A DNA stretch of 64,000 nt, from positions 18,600,001-18,664,000 of the forward strand of contig NC_043020.1 of the NCBI RefSeq assembly GCF_006345805.1, read 5' to 3'. The stretch is from Octopus sinensis (lineage: Eukaryota). Every line of letters starts with the position of its first letter. Position 1 is the stretch's first letter. The position numbers and the translations under genes are program-made. Positions 39,065 through 53,689 of the stretch are shown piece by piece. The notes beneath the pieces are model-generated. The model was not told the DNA's origin and did no database searches. It saw only the letters and a program-made list of their open reading frames with translations.

Positions 39065-40347
39065 TTGGGTTGTCCTGATAGTTCTTGCCGATTTATAGTA
39101 GCTTACATTTCAACTTATTTTAGAACATGGTTGAGTCCATAAAATAGGATTTGACTACACCTCCATTTAGAGCACAGTTTAAGTTATCTTTTCGTGGAAG
39201 AAGGTTTATGTTCCTATAACCTGTGTTAATTCTGTAACCCCTTAAAATGGAAATAAGAAAGTTCATTTTCGGCACTCGATGCTTTTCTTCTTCCGTATAG
39301 GGAAAAATGCCTCACAAGCAACCAAAGAAATATGCGCAGATTACGGTAATGTTTCTTTATCCGAAAGAACTGTACGGAAGCGGTTCGCAAGGTTCCGAGC
39401 TGGAGAATGTAGCCTTATTGATAAAGAGTGATCAGGCAGACCATCCACTACAGATTATGACCAAATCAAGTCATTAATTGAGAATAACCCACATTGCACA
39501 ACCCGAGAATTGGCAGAAAGCCTCAACCTATCAAAATCCGTCGTTCATGAGCACCTGGTAAAGCTTGGGTACACAAATCGCTACGATGTTTGGGTACCAC
39601 AGGAGCTGTGTGAGAATCTTTTGGATCGCATTTCCATCTGTGATTCGCTTTATAAACGGAATGAAAATGCGCCTTTTTTTAAAGCAAATTGTGACAGGTG
39701 ATGAGAAATGGATTATCTACCGAAATGTTCAGAGAAAGCGATCCTGGAGTAAGCGACATGAGCCACCCTTAGCCACCACAAAAGTGGGTCTTCTCCCTAA
39801 AAAATCTTACTTTGTGTCTGGTGCGATTGGAAATCAATTCTGTATTATGAGCTTCTCCCAAGTAACCAGAGAATTAATTCTGAGAAATACTGCACACAAC
39901 TGGACGAGCTAAAAGCAGAAATTCAAGAGAAACGTCCAGAATTGGCCAACAGGAAGGGCGTTGTTTTCCAACATGATAATGCAATACCACACGTTTCTTT
40001 GGGAACCAGACAAAAATTGCTGCAGCTCGGCTCGGATGTGTTACCCCACCATCCATATTCACCAGATATTGCTCTTTCGGATTTCCACTTATTCAGGTCT
40101 CTGCAGAATAGTCTTAATGGTAAAAATTTCAATTCCTTGGATGACGTAAAAAGATATCTTGATGAATTCTTTGCGATACTGAAACCACCTCAATTCTAGG
40201 AAGAGGGTATTTTCAAGTTAAAGGAAAGATGAAGACGCATTATGCAACAAAATGGCACATACTTGGTTGATTAAAAATGTAATGGCAAGTATTTATTGAC
40301 CTTTTTCTTTCCTTTAAAAATCGGCACGAACTTTCCGAACAACCCAA
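39065..40347 (+). mobile_element. Full-length mariner transposon (1283 bp)
   Basis: TIRs TTGGGTTGTCCTGATAGTTCTTGCCGATTT / reverse complement TTGGGTTGTTCGGAAAGTTCGTGCCGATTT, TA on both sides. Confidence 0.92.
39247..40273 (+). pseudogene. Mariner DD34D transposase, frameshifted
   Basis: HTH region, WVPQEL, IVTGDEKW, HDNAIPH, YSPDIALSDFHLF; in-frame stop and frameshifts. Confidence 0.9.
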
Positions 40348-40367
40348 TACATATATACGAAGGACTA

Positions 40368-40520
40368 TTTTCAGTTTCCATCTACCATGTAAAGTCATGA
40401 GGATTTGGTCGGCCCGAGGCTATAGCACAAGGCACTTGTCCAAGATGTCACTCAGTAGGACTTGAATCCTGAACCATGTGGTAGGGAAGCAAACTCCTTA
40501 CCACACAGACACGCCTGTGC
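40368..40520 (-). mobile_element. SINE family B 5' half
   Basis: ggtcggcccgaggctatag...aaccatgtgg...ccacacag. Confidence 0.75.
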
Positions 40521-41113
40521 CTAGACGAACGGCTGATTGGTCTTTGAGGGGGCCAAAAATAATCATCTTTAAGTGTTTATATACCAATATTGTAGTAAGC
40601 TACGGCGATATCTTATTTCATGGTGCTATAAATATGAATCAGTAATCTCACCACGACTCTAGTTTAATTAATGGAGAAAATTAGCGTTCACTTCCTACAA
40701 AAGAATGCTGTAATAGAGTATGTGTTTGTTTTTTATCCAGATGCTATTGGCTCATTAGTACTTGTTTTAATCTAGCCATTATTGGCTGAGCGGAATACTA
40801 AGAAATGAAATACACTTAAAAGATCTGTGTTGTTCACCGAATCAGCTACAGTGTTTATAAGTACGCATTGTCGAACAATCGGAACACTTTAAGATGAAAT
40901 ATTATACAAATATTACCTGTAAGATGCCCAACAATAATATATATGGCCTTCGCGGTGTTTGCTTTGTTATTATCTTAAAAACAAACGTAGACATCTCTCA
41001 AATATATTTACGTGTATAATTGTTTCACATCCCCTTAAGACTACTGGTAATCACCTCTATTGGTAACCATTGCTAGCATTATGTGTGTGTGTGTTTACAT
41101 ACATATATGTGTA

Positions 41114-41202
<89 letters not shown>

Positions 41203-41205
41203 TAG

Positions 41206-41239
<34 letters not shown>

Positions 41240-41344
41240 GATATATATACATATATATATATATCTATACATATATATATATTATATAGATATCTATAAT
41301 ATATACATATATATATTTGTGATTAAGGATAAAATCATTATAAT

Positions 41345-41444
41345 ATTTTATAAACACACCAAGATCGGTTGTCAATCGATGGTTGGTGGGGACAAACACA
41401 GACACAAATAACAAATACATACATAATACATACATATATATATA

Positions 41445-41484
<40 letters not shown>

Positions 41485-41560
41485 GACGAGTTTCTTTCAG
41501 TTTCTGTCTACCAAATGGGAGGACAAACACAGATACACAACATATACACACACATGCATA

Positions 41561-41618
<58 letters not shown>

Positions 41619-41780
41619 TACGACGGACTTCTTTCATTTTCCGTCTACCAAATCCACTCACAAGGCTTTGATCGGCCCAAAGCTATAGTAGAAGACACTT
41701 GCTCAAGGTACCACGCAGCCGGACTGAACCCGGGAGCATTAGGTTGGCAAGTAATCTTTTTACCACAGCCACTCCTGCGA
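41345..41780 (-). mobile_element. SINE family B mosaic with internal partial duplication
   Basis: ggacaaacacaga segment twice; ttttccgtctaccaaatccactcacaaggc; cacagccactcctgcg. Confidence 0.8.
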
Positions 41781-41959
41781 CTATAGGTAACAATTAATAC
41801 AAATATATAATTATTTAAATATAATTATAATAAGGGCACAAAGAAATAGCTCCACATACTAAAGAATGACTCTAATAACTACATTAGCACGGGTTAACCC
41901 TTATGTTAAAAACGTCTTTGTTCAATTTCTTCGCTTTCAACCCGTGCTAATGGAGTGTA

Positions 41960-43050
41960 TTGGGTTGGCAACTAAGTTCCCGCAGTTTTTTTTTTTAATT
42001 CGAGAATTTATAGCGTTTTTAAATTTTGGAATCTATTTTTTACGAGAATTCTATTTTTGAATTATTTTGGAATCTATTTTGTTTCTTTTTTTCCTCGTTA
42101 TTTTTAGTTAATTTTTGTTTAAAATGGAATGTCAAGTTAAGAAAAACGAACATTTTCGACACTTTTTTGCTTTTAATCAAGCTACTAAGGCCAAAAAAGC
42201 TGCTCGCGACATTTGTGCTGCGTATGGAGAGGGTGCCATAGCTGAAAGGACCGCTCGTGATTGGTATGACAAGTTCAAAAATGGAAATTTTGACCTCAAA
42301 GACGCAGGCCCTTCTGGTCGTCCAGTTGAGATCGATGAAAAGCGATTAAACCAACTTTTGTACAAACATTCTCGTCAAATGACAAGGAAACTGGCAGAGT
42401 AAATGGAATGCTCCCACACTGCTATAGAGAAGCATCTTCACTCGATGGGAAAGGTTCAGAAGTATGGAGCATGGGTTCCGCATGCTTTAGGTGACAACAA
42501 CAAAAATCAACGCGTCACAATCTCCGCGGGTTTGCTTGCTCGTAACCGCTCAACTCATGGACACAAGCAACGATTTCGTTAACGAATCGTTACTGGCGAC
42601 GAAAAATGGTGCCTTTACATTAATATGAAGCAGCGTAATGAATGGCTTTGTCCCGGTAAACAAGATCTTCATCCGCGTAAAACGATGTTGTGTGTATGGC
42701 GGGACTGGGAAGGGATTATCCATTATGAATTGCTTGAACGGAACCAAACGGTCAACGTGGAACTCTATGTTCAACAGATAGAACGACTCAACACGGCTAT
42801 TCAAGAGAAAAGACATAATCATCAGCATGGAGTTTTCTGCTGCAAGACAACGCCCGCCTTCATATCGCCAATATGACCAAGGAAACCATTCACATGCATG
42901 GCTGGAAAGCGCTGCCATATCAGCCGTAATCTCCTGATTTGGTCTCAACGGATTTCCACCTCTTTCGATCTCTTTCAAATGCTATACGCGAACTTTCGTT
43001 CAATACTGATGCAGAATTGAGAGCTTGGTTGGATCAATTTTTCGAGTCGA
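41960..43050 (+). mobile_element. Second mariner, 3'-truncated, transposase pseudogene from ATG 42124
   Basis: 5' TIR TA|TTGGGTTGGCAACTAAGTTCC; WVPHAL, IVTGDEKW, QDNAR, SPDLVSTDFHLF; stops. Confidence 0.88.
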
Positions 43051-43394
43051 GCATTTGAGACCAGCGAGAAACTTTGGATTGCGCTTGGAATCACTTCGTG
43101 CCTTGTGTTTTATTCTATCAATCGTTCCTTCTTTAAATCGCTTATGCACATAATAAACTGTTGCTTTTGGATGTTTCGACTACTTAACAATTATATTGGC
43201 AATGTGCCCGGTGCGCGCCAAAACAACAATGGCAAAATGATTCAGTTGTTCCGTGATTTTCTGTTGTCGAATCACTTCACTATTTACCTAAAAAATAAAG
43301 AGGAGGATGAGATTTTCAAGCAAGCAAGGTTTTGTCAAGAAATGTAATGTTAAACCCACTAAGTCAATTGCTTAAAAGACCCTATATATATATA

Positions 43395-43635
43395 TAGTGT
43401 AGCCTCGGCTCGATCTTATCCTTGTGAGTATATTTGGTAGACGGAAACTGAAAGAAAGCTGTTGTGCATATATGCATATATATGTGTGTGTGTTTGTCTT
43501 TGTGTCTATGTTTGTAACGCCCCACCTATTGTCATCCGGCGTTGGTATGTTTATGTCTCTGTAAAATGGCAGTTCGAGGAAAGAGACCGATGAGATAAGT
43601 TACCAGATTTAAAAAATGTACTAGGATCGATTCTT
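43395..43635 (+). mobile_element. SINE family B fragment
   Basis: ttggtagacggaaactgaaagaa...aaagagaccgat. Confidence 0.7.
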
Positions 43636-43651
43636 TCGAGTAAAGTATGAA

Positions 43652-43921
43652 TTTATACAAAATTAAGGATAAAACTATTTTAAAGATTTTTATCAAGTGG
43701 CCAGCGTGTAATAAAACAATTTATACTAATATTTAATCATATTAAAGGGTGTGGATAAACCTCACCAACACGCTGGAAATAGACACCTGGTGTTTATCCG
43801 CACCCTTTAATATAATATCATATAATTATATATTAGTATAAATTGTTACCTGTATGGTTTCATTGCACGCTGGCAGCGTGATAAAATCATTAAAACGATT
43901 ATATCCATAATTTTGTATAAA
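43652..43921. repeat. Imperfect 270-bp foldback (inverted repeat) element
   Basis: Nested pairs tttatacaaaatta/taattttgtataaa, gccagcgtg/cacgctggc, aatttatactaatat/atattagtataaatt, atattaaagggtgtggataaac/gtttatccgcaccctttaatat. Confidence 0.85.
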
Positions 43922-44380
43922 TATATATTTTTACCTTTGATCAAATTACATCCACTGCGATATTATTTTGATCTTAAAAGTACCTGGTTGAGTTGAATAA
44001 ATTAGATTTAACTAGTGTATACATGTAAATGTATGAATATAATCGCGCGGATATATTTTGTTCGTATGGTTGTGTATAAATACTTGCATTTATATACTAT
44101 GGCGTATTGTACTAATGACAGCAAGGAGTTTTACAACCCTAAGTCTCTGTCTCTCTTGTTTACTCTAATTATTAAAGTGGCTATTAGCAATTTAAAAACG
44201 AAAAGGCACAGGGTCAAACGTCATTAAAGTGATTAAGGGTGCAGATCAGCACCAGCATTGCTTGTCTCTAATGAGGATTAATTCAATCCGAAATCATCGA
44301 TGATATGACACTCCTCACTTGCTGTAGGGAGGTTGATCTCCCTTCTCAGTCAATAGATAGGTGCTTGACCGACACTGAGA

Positions 44381-44415
<35 letters not shown>

Positions 44416-44418
<3 letters not shown>

Positions 44419-44805
44419 GGCGCAATGGCCCAGTGGTTAGGGCAGCGGACTCGCGGTCGTAGGATCGCGGTTTCGATTCCCAGACCGGGCGTTGTGAGTG
44501 TTTATTGAGCGAAAACACCTAAAAGCTCCGCGAGGCTCCGGCAGGGGATGGTGGTGATCCCTGCTGTACTCTTTCACCACGACTTTCTCTCACTCTTTGT
44601 TTCTGTTTCTCTTGTACCTGTATTTCAAAGGGCCGGCCTTGTCACTCTCTGTTGTCACGCTGAATATCCCCGAGAACTACGTTAAGGGTACACGTGTCTG
44701 TGGAGTGCTCAGCCACTTACACGTTAATTTCACGAGCAGGCTGTTCCGTTGATTCGGATCAACCGGAACCCTCGTCGTCGGAACCGACGGAGTGCTTCCA
44801 TTTCC

Positions 44806-44806
<1 letters not shown>
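44416..44806 (+). mobile_element. SINE family D with tRNA-derived head, full length, (TTCCA)n end
   Basis: tggcccagtggttagg A-box, gtttcgattccc B-box, then 300-bp non-tRNA body shared with 27255-27547; tRNA-derived SINEs (OK/OR) are described from octopus. Confidence 0.85.
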
Positions 44807-44894
<88 letters not shown>

Positions 44895-44939
44895 CTATAT
44901 ATATATATATATGTATGTATATATATATATATATATATA

Positions 44940-45118
44940 CAAGCGATGTTGATGTGTTTACGTCTCCGTTATCTAGCGGTTCGACCAAGAGACCGAGAGA
45001 AAATGAGTACTAGGCTCACAAAAATAGGTCATGGGGTCGATTGCTAGGTTAACCCTGCTTAAGGTGGTGTTCCAGCATTGGCGCAGTCAAATGACTGGAA
45101 CAAGTAAAAGAATAAAGA
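44940..45118 (+). mobile_element. SINE family B 3' half
   Basis: gcagtcaaatgactggaacaagtaaaagaataaag. Confidence 0.8.
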
Positions 45119-45135
45119 ACAAACGAATATATATA

Positions 45136-45790
45136 CAAGGTGGTATCAGAAAGTTCCCGTACTAATTCTGCAGCGCGCAAACAGATGGCAGCACACGATT
45201 GCATGCCCAAGCAATACTAGCAGTGACCTTCATGAGGCAGTGTGCCGAATGACAATCCCTGTTAATACTTCGCAATTTGGGGAAATTTGGGCTTTGGAGA
45301 TCACGTGTATTGCTGTAGTATGCGATTTCGTCATGGGCAGGAACAAAGAGTCAATGGGTTAAATTTGGGAAATTTGCTACAGAGACATTAAGGATGTTTG
45401 GGATACGACTCTGAGACAAAGCAGCGGTCATCACAATGGAAGAGCCCTTCATCTTCGCGAGAGAAGAAGGCTCGACCAAGCCGCAACTCATTCAAGAGCA
45501 TGCTCATCGTCTTTTTCAACATCCGCCGTATTATGCATCGAAAATACGCCCCCAAGGGCCTGAACGTTAATCAAAATTTCTATGGCGACGCTTTGAAACG
45601 TTTGAGGGAGGACGTAAGCGATTGATCTGTGGGGTGCGAAGAATTGGATTCTTTCCGACGACAATGTATCCTATAATTAAGCTTTTCTCACTCGTGGGTT
45701 TCTCGCCGAAAAGAACATGGTATCGCTTCTGCACCTGCCATATTCGCCAGATTTAGCCCCTGCGGGCTTCCATCTCTTCCCCATGGTGGG
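45136..45790 (+). mobile_element. Third mariner relic (different subfamily), internally deleted
   Basis: TA|CAAGGTGGTATCAGAAAGTTCC TIR-like end; GYDSETKQRSSQWK..KSMLIVFF; PYSPDLAPAGFHLFP. Confidence 0.82.
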
Positions 45791-45829
45791 GCGATAATAA
45801 TTCACCGCTCTAAAAGACCTATGGCGGGA

Positions 45830-46137
45830 ATATTTAAACTTTTGCGGCTGTCAACGCTTTCTCTCTATAGATACAGACAGACGTACAGTGAGAGAGGTGG
45901 TGAGAGAAAGAGTGAAAGAGAGACGAAGCTATCAATCGTCGTTATTAAAAGATTAAAAATCACTCTTTTTGCCATAGCAACCACATCTTTATAGCTTGTG
46001 AATTTTAACTATCGCGGATCTCATCCCCACCACGCATTTAGTATCCCTGCCAATTTTCAGCTCGATCCTAGCCTCGGTTTGGCCGCCGTTAACCGTCAAA
46101 GCAAAATTTCGTCCAAGGACTGTTTTATAGATTTAGA
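45830..46137 (-). mobile_element. Non-autonomous Helitron/DINE-1-like element
   Basis: Reverse complement starts A|TCTAAATCTATAAAA with gatcgagctgaaaattggc; similar ends at 2.5 and 14.2 kb. Confidence 0.3.
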
Positions 46138-46193
46138 TATAAATGTGTATGTGCACACACAACACACACACCACACACACACACACACCACAC

Positions 46194-46261
<68 letters not shown>

Positions 46262-46477
46262 ACTCTTCAACCATGTTAGCACTTAAGGGTTCTTCATCGA
46301 CTATTCTTTTCCTCCACTCCGGATCTTTTCTCTTTCCGCTCTTTGGCGAAGAGCGATGATCGAAACGTCGTCAAACACAGCACTTTTTTCTATTTTAAAC
46401 TGTCACCTAATACATTCCCTTTGTACGTCCTATTGATTTTTTTGCTTTTGTTTCTATTTTTATTTTCGATTTACCTT

Positions 46478-46509
<32 letters not shown>

Positions 46510-46616
46510 GTGTGTGTATGTATGTATGTATGTATGTATATATTTATATATATATTATACATATACATGTGTATGTATGTATATATATATATATATATAT
46601 ATACGTACGTAGTATT

Positions 46617-46651
<35 letters not shown>

Positions 46652-46930
46652 ATACATAGGTATGTATATATATATATATATATGCATATATACGTATGTA
46701 TGTATGTTTATATATATATACATACATACGTACATACTACATACATACATACATACATACATACATACATACATACATACATACATACATACGTGTTTCT
46801 GAAACGAAAGAGCCAGCAATGTCTGTTCAGAGTTTATAATTATATATGCATATGTGAAACTCCGGGTAACAATAGATTGAATAACTTTTTCCCAAATGAT
46901 TATAGTATTAATAGTGCCTGTTAATCTTTC

Positions 46931-46967
<37 letters not shown>

Positions 46968-47031
46968 CTTCCTCTATCTATGTTTTTATCAACATATCTA
47001 TGTATCTATCGGTATATATATATACACACAC

Positions 47032-47072
<41 letters not shown>

Positions 47073-48279
47073 ATAATATATATACATACAAACATATCTG
47101 TATATATATATATATATATATATATAGATATATAGATATATATATATTACTATTTGTCTTTATATACCATACTTATACACACACATATGCATAGAGATAG
47201 AAAGAAGCTAAGAAAGAAAGGAAGAACAAGGAAAGAATGAAAGAAAGAAATAGGGATATATAGTTCATTATTTATAAATTGTTTTTCCTGTTGTAATAAA
47301 ATTTTGTTGTGTATGAGTGAGGTGTTGGAAGCGAACGCTGCAAGATCGGTGCAAATGACTTGCAGGCGCTATTGGCACTGCACCGACATTGCAATGTTTG
47401 TAGACGGAATTGGTGAAAAGGAAGTGCAGTAGATCTTGGACAGGTACAAAACAGGGGATACTACTTCAGTATGTGGTGGTGCAGGTGGGGATATAATTGT
47501 CTTGCTAGGCCATGTGTGCGTGGTTTGTGTTTGTCTGTGTGCGTGTGTGTGTGTGTACGCACATATATGTTTGTGTATGCTGTGTGTGTGTGTATGGTGT
47601 GATTGGTGTGTATGTGTGTGTGTGTGTATGTGTATGTGTGTGTGTGTGTAAGTCTGAAATTTGAGATATCCATACTCACACCTGCAAACACAGATGTATA
47701 TACATATAGATAGATAAACACATGTACACCCATGTACACCCATGTATATATGCGTAGGGGTATGTATGTAAATATCAGTGTGTGCACCGCGCGCGCGTGC
47801 ACGTGTGCGAATCTGAAATTATACACATCCAATTGCAAATATATGCGCATTTATCATAAGTGTGTATATGCGCATGGATGTAGTTGGTTCTAGGTACCTA
47901 AATATACACAGCTCCATACATGTATATACATGTGTGTTTGTATGTGTGTGTGTACATGTGCGTATATCCGTGTTCTCAAGTGTGTTTAAATATCTGTGTT
48001 TGCGTGTGTATGTTGGTGTGGACCAATTATACGGTGTATTCACAGAAATAATTCTCATGTGGTTATATCTACATAAGTATATGTGAATATACACGTCCTT
48101 CGCATATGTACACATACATACACACACTCATATGCACACTCACATACATACATATACAAGGAGAGATACACTATATGTATATAACAATTTTGTTATTGTA
48201 TGAATATACGTGTGTACATGTATGCATATACACATGCATACATACATATATATATATATATGTGTGTATATATATATAT

Positions 48280-48310
<31 letters not shown>

Positions 48311-48406
48311 GCATATATCTGTGTCTGTGTGTACATATCGATATATATACATGCGTACAGATAATCACACTCACATACGCAAACATAGATATATGTACAT
48401 AAGTAC

Positions 48407-48437
<31 letters not shown>

Positions 48438-50197
48438 GTTATATGCTTATATACTTCTATATACACACAAATGTATGTGTACGTGAGTGTGTTCGCACAC
48501 GCATATGTGTTTGTATGTATGGATATGCATCTAAGCATATATGTATGTATGTGTATATCTATTGTCAGGTTGCCAAAATTGTCCAACGAGGAATACGTGA
48601 CTGAAACACTGGGTGATGGCAGACATCGCTACCGATTCCATTATTGATCGGGACAAATTGCTTTCACATTGTACCGAAGCACACAGCGACAAAAATGTAA
48701 TCAATTCCCCTACTGAACGCTATCATGGTTTATAATAACGAGTTATTTGGACGAGATGCAACGCCAATATCTTGCAGGCAATTTGGTTTCCTCAATATAT
48801 CACTGGTATTCATTGTTAAAGGAAACATTGAGATATGGAAAATGTTATGTATGAAGAAGGCCTTGGCAAATCTTCCTCTTTTTTTCTCATCAAAAACCTC
48901 TCTGCTTATTTGAGGAAAATATCCCTGTTTGAATACCGAGGTGGGAATTCGTCTTCTAAACATTTATTGTTTTCGAATTGCAAGTATCATCAGTGGCATC
49001 GATCATCTTTGATTTCCCTGCTTCTATGCAGATTAGGTCTAATATCCGATGCAGAGAACATCAGTTTTGATGCATCCATTTGTTCACAGGTGCATCTGAA
49101 TTCAATATAGTAAAGCAAAGGAACAATTCTCGCTAGAGTGGTGATTCCACTGGTCCAGTAGAGAATTAGTAACGATTTAGAGCAAAGGTTCTCAACACAT
49201 TTTGACCCTTGTAGTCAGAAATCCTCCTCCTCTCCTGAAAATATTTTTATTTTTCAATATACTACTTATTTTGATATCAGCAGATAATGATTAAAAATAA
49301 AGGACGTCGTTTTACATATGCGTTTGTACGCAATAAGGAGTACAGATGTACACATTGAAATGCAAGAAAAAACGAAATAATGAATTGAAAGTTTGGTAAT
49401 TGCATTTATTTCCCCCGCGTGACACTTATGACACGAAAGAGTGCTCTTTGGTACAAGTAAACGCCGATGAAATCACTTCAAACCTTTCCGTTTTCCCTTA
49501 TCAAAACAGCTGGAACTTGTACAAAAATCTGACATATAAGTTATTGTCAGCCGAGAAGAGTATTTTTATACTCAAGAAAGAGAGTGTATTTGATAGAAAT
49601 TGTTGAAATACATATGTACTTCATATGAGTAGCAAATTGTAAAGGATGGTATTCACTGTACTTAGATCTAGTTAGTTTGAGTCACAAAATCAACCCCTTT
49701 TTTAAACTGACATAAAATAATCTGAAAAGTTGCCATATTTCGAAGGTGATGATGTTAAATTCAGATGCCCATTCGTTTCTTGATCAGGATCTCGATTGTT
49801 TCATTCACAAAATCTACATTTTTTAAAAGGAAGTAAAAATCTGGAAATCGGTTATCTTGATGCAGTTTTCCACGCTTATTCCTATGAAGCCACGAACCTC
49901 TTTTTTAATTCGTAGCTTTAAGTCTGAATCTACCATTCGTTTCAATTTATAATTTCCAAATAATTTTTTTAATACTTCAAAATAAAAATTGCGTAAATAT
50001 GTATGCCAGAAGCAGTAGTTAGAAATTAAGGAAAGAGATTTTTGGGAGATCTCTTATTATAACTGACTTTTATTCCATTATTCTAATATCGTCTGAAACT
50101 TATACATGTATAAATGCATACTGAAAGATACAGATATATACACACACACACATTTTTACAGAGCTAACTTTATATACAACCTTGTATATATATATAT

Positions 50198-50247
<50 letters not shown>

Positions 50248-50429
50248 GAGAGACATATCTACACAATTGTGCCCCAAAGATTTGCTTCTTCATAACCTTG
50301 AGAAAATTAAATATTTCTTTTCTACAAATATGCTTCAGATCACGTAGATTTCGATTAAATTAGAATTCAGTGTGAAAACTGTTTTTCCCTAAAGGAAATT
50401 TAGAAAATTCACACCATTAGGCTATTTTG

Positions 50430-50504
<75 letters not shown>

Positions 50505-51868
50505 ATATACGTGGGTGTATAGTATTGTTTTTAATTATATCTTTATACATGCACACACACCGTCGGTTACAACAAACACAAGTCTCTAAAACTTAACCAC
50601 TCTTCCAACTAAATTTTTTCCTCTTAAAAAGAAGGCTTTCGTCTACTCGGACTATATGTCGTACCACTGCACGGCTGTCTGCTGCTAATATTTAGAGCTT
50701 CGTATCTTGACCATCTTCCTACCCTAACTCCCGTGTTTACATGCAAAATATTGATCTCTTGTTTTTTGTTTGTCCAGTTGTCTTTTCTTTTCGGGACTTT
50801 ATCTCCTAAGACTCTGATTCAACAGCAGATAGATGTAACGGCGACTTTATATAAATGATCTTTTATAACGCATCCCGAATCCGTGGTGATGCGATTCTAA
50901 AATGCAGATTATATCACCTCAATTTTTTTCAAAAATTGCCCCTTAGCAATACGAAAAGAAATCGAAACTTTCGGTGAAAGCCTACGCTACAGATATTGTA
51001 TTTACGACTTAATTCCGCGGTTTTGTGGGACAGATTCGTGAGGGAATTTTGTGCCTCCATTTCCCTTCACTCATATCATTCACCTAGATATTTGCATACA
51101 GAAATTTAGCACTTACTCGTTTCATCTCACCCGTATATGACGAAGACGTTTTATTGAGAATGTTCACTGAAATAGATTGCCGTTTTATCCCGGGTAACAC
51201 GTTTCTCTTCACTACTTAATACTACAATATCAGGAATGAAATGATTCTGTTCATTTCGAAACAAAGCTGGCTGTTAAAGTTTGATGACGTCATACATTTC
51301 TTCAGTTCTAATTAATACAATGATTTTCATTTCATTTAACCTTTAATGAATATATATAATTATCTCAAGAAAATCTTTTTAATGCTACTGATTAAATCCA
51401 TTAAAAATTATTGGTTTGATTTAAAAGAAAAGTAATAATTTCAAGTTGCCTGCAGGTTCCGTCTCTGAAGTGTACAAATTATATTTACTCCATAAGAGTC
51501 GTCTACAACGTAATGACAGCTATAAGAATGAGAAGTACACCGTAAATATCGTATGCTATTTTACAGAAGCAAGAAGAATGAAATTTATTTATAAAGTGTC
51601 GTCTGCAATGTAATGGAGGCTATGGATATCCGAATTTGATTTACTCTCTTTGTGTAATCTGCAATATAATGCTAGATATCATGCTACACACACACACAAA
51701 CACACACACACACCCACACACATATATATACATACACTCACATGCACACACATGTATATATATATATAATATATATACATAAACGTATCTGTATATGTAT
51801 ATATATGTGTGTGTATGTATATATATATATACATGAGTAGGCATGTACAGAGTGTGTATACATATATA

Positions 51869-51936
<68 letters not shown>

Positions 51937-52104
51937 CTATATATATATAGATATAATACGTAAATACATATATACATATATAGGTAGTGCATATTATGTG
52001 TGCGTGTGTGTACGTGGTTGTCTGTGCATATATTAGAACACAAATACATATATGGGATATTTATGTGTGTGATGTGTTCTTGATGCTGATCTTGTTCTTA
52101 TTGC

Positions 52105-52122
52105 TATTAATGTAGTAGTAGT

Positions 52123-52158
<36 letters not shown>

Positions 52159-52218
52159 TTTGCTGTTGTCGTTGTTTTTATTATTAGTATTACTATTATT
52201 ATTATCATCATCACCACC

Positions 52219-52252
<34 letters not shown>

Positions 52253-52259
52253 TCAACAT

Positions 52260-52304
<45 letters not shown>

Positions 52305-52420
52305 TATTTTTATTATCATTATTATTATTATTACCATTATTGTTATTATTACTTCAGCAGAAAAGATTATTATTATTATTATATTATTATATTATTATTA
52401 TTATTATTATTATTACCGAC
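52105..52420. repeat. (AGT)n/(ATC)n/(ACC)n/(ATT)n compound microsatellite
   Basis: Direct inspection. Confidence 0.95.
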
Positions 52421-52630
52421 GTTGACTTTGCCCTACCAACTGTGTCTTTCCACGATCGAAATGAAAACCATAAGACTTTTCTATTTCTGGACACATTTAG
52501 TCATCAATCCTGCCACGAGGTTTCCATGGGAACGAACGCCCATAGAATTATCCACACACACACACACCCTCACACACATACCACTCACAATTACACCCCC
52601 ACACACCACGCCCACTTATTATTATTATTG

Positions 52631-52711
<81 letters not shown>

Positions 52712-53689
52712 CGTTAATATCAGATGAGTAGTTGGGGGTGAGGGGATAATTTGTGGGTAGTGGTGGAGGGAGGGCAGGAGAGGGTTTGAGAAGCAAGAAG
52801 AGGAGGAGAGGGAGGTTGTTTTGTCTTGCATTCTTTAATTATCTTTGCTTTCTATTGCTCTCCTTCTCATTTACAAATTCTACAGACGTAATGAATACAC
52901 ACACACACACGCACATACACACATATATACATACCTATACATATATATATGCAACAACCAAATTATGTACCTATGCATGTATATGTATACATGAGTGTAC
53001 ATGTGTATATATGTGTGTGCACATTATACATACACACATACATACGTGTGATATATATATAATATATATGTATGTATGTATGTATATGTGGATATACATA
53101 AACCCACACTTTTGCGAGTGTGTCTGTGATAGTTACGCAATCATAAGTAGTCGCTGTGGAACACTTATTGCTAATACAGTGTGATTTAAAGACTCTAATA
53201 AACAACCGTACTTTTGTGCTGAGGGCTTCTCTCTTACTTGAAAACGCAAGAGTATATCTCTGTGTGTGTATGCATTTACATACGCACTTTCAAAACATAC
53301 ACACGCAAACATACACATGCATTTTTAATATATATATTATATATATATATATAGTTGATCTCGAAGTATAGAAAGCTATAAATAATAAATGTTGGGTTGA
53401 TAGAAAACCCCTTTTAGACAGAAAAACGAGAAAGCTGAAAACATTATTTCACGTTCTCTTGAAAATTTATATATCCTTGCGACATTATTATACACACACA
53501 TATACATATATCTATATTTGTATACATTGTATTTATATATATATACGTATATAGGCACCTATATGCATATATAAATACATACATATGTATGTATATTTAT
53601 ATATATGCATGTATATATGTATGTATATATATGTATACACACATACATATGCATACAGATACATATACAGGTACATCACAGATTTTACG

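Noticed and set aside
44416-44490. tRNA gene
   Set aside because: A and B boxes are present, but acceptor and anticodon stems are imperfect and it runs into a 300-bp body shared with another copy, so it is a SINE head.
47770-47810. Small palindrome gtgcac-cgcgcgcgc-gtgcac
   Set aside because: Expected by chance within alternating purine-pyrimidine (TG/CA/CG) tracts.
48975-49000. Hammerhead candidate on the minus strand (CTGATGA...GAAA); a similar core match at ~22385
   Set aside because: No stem I or stem II pairing at 49.0 kb and no GAAA at 22.4 kb; chance core matches.
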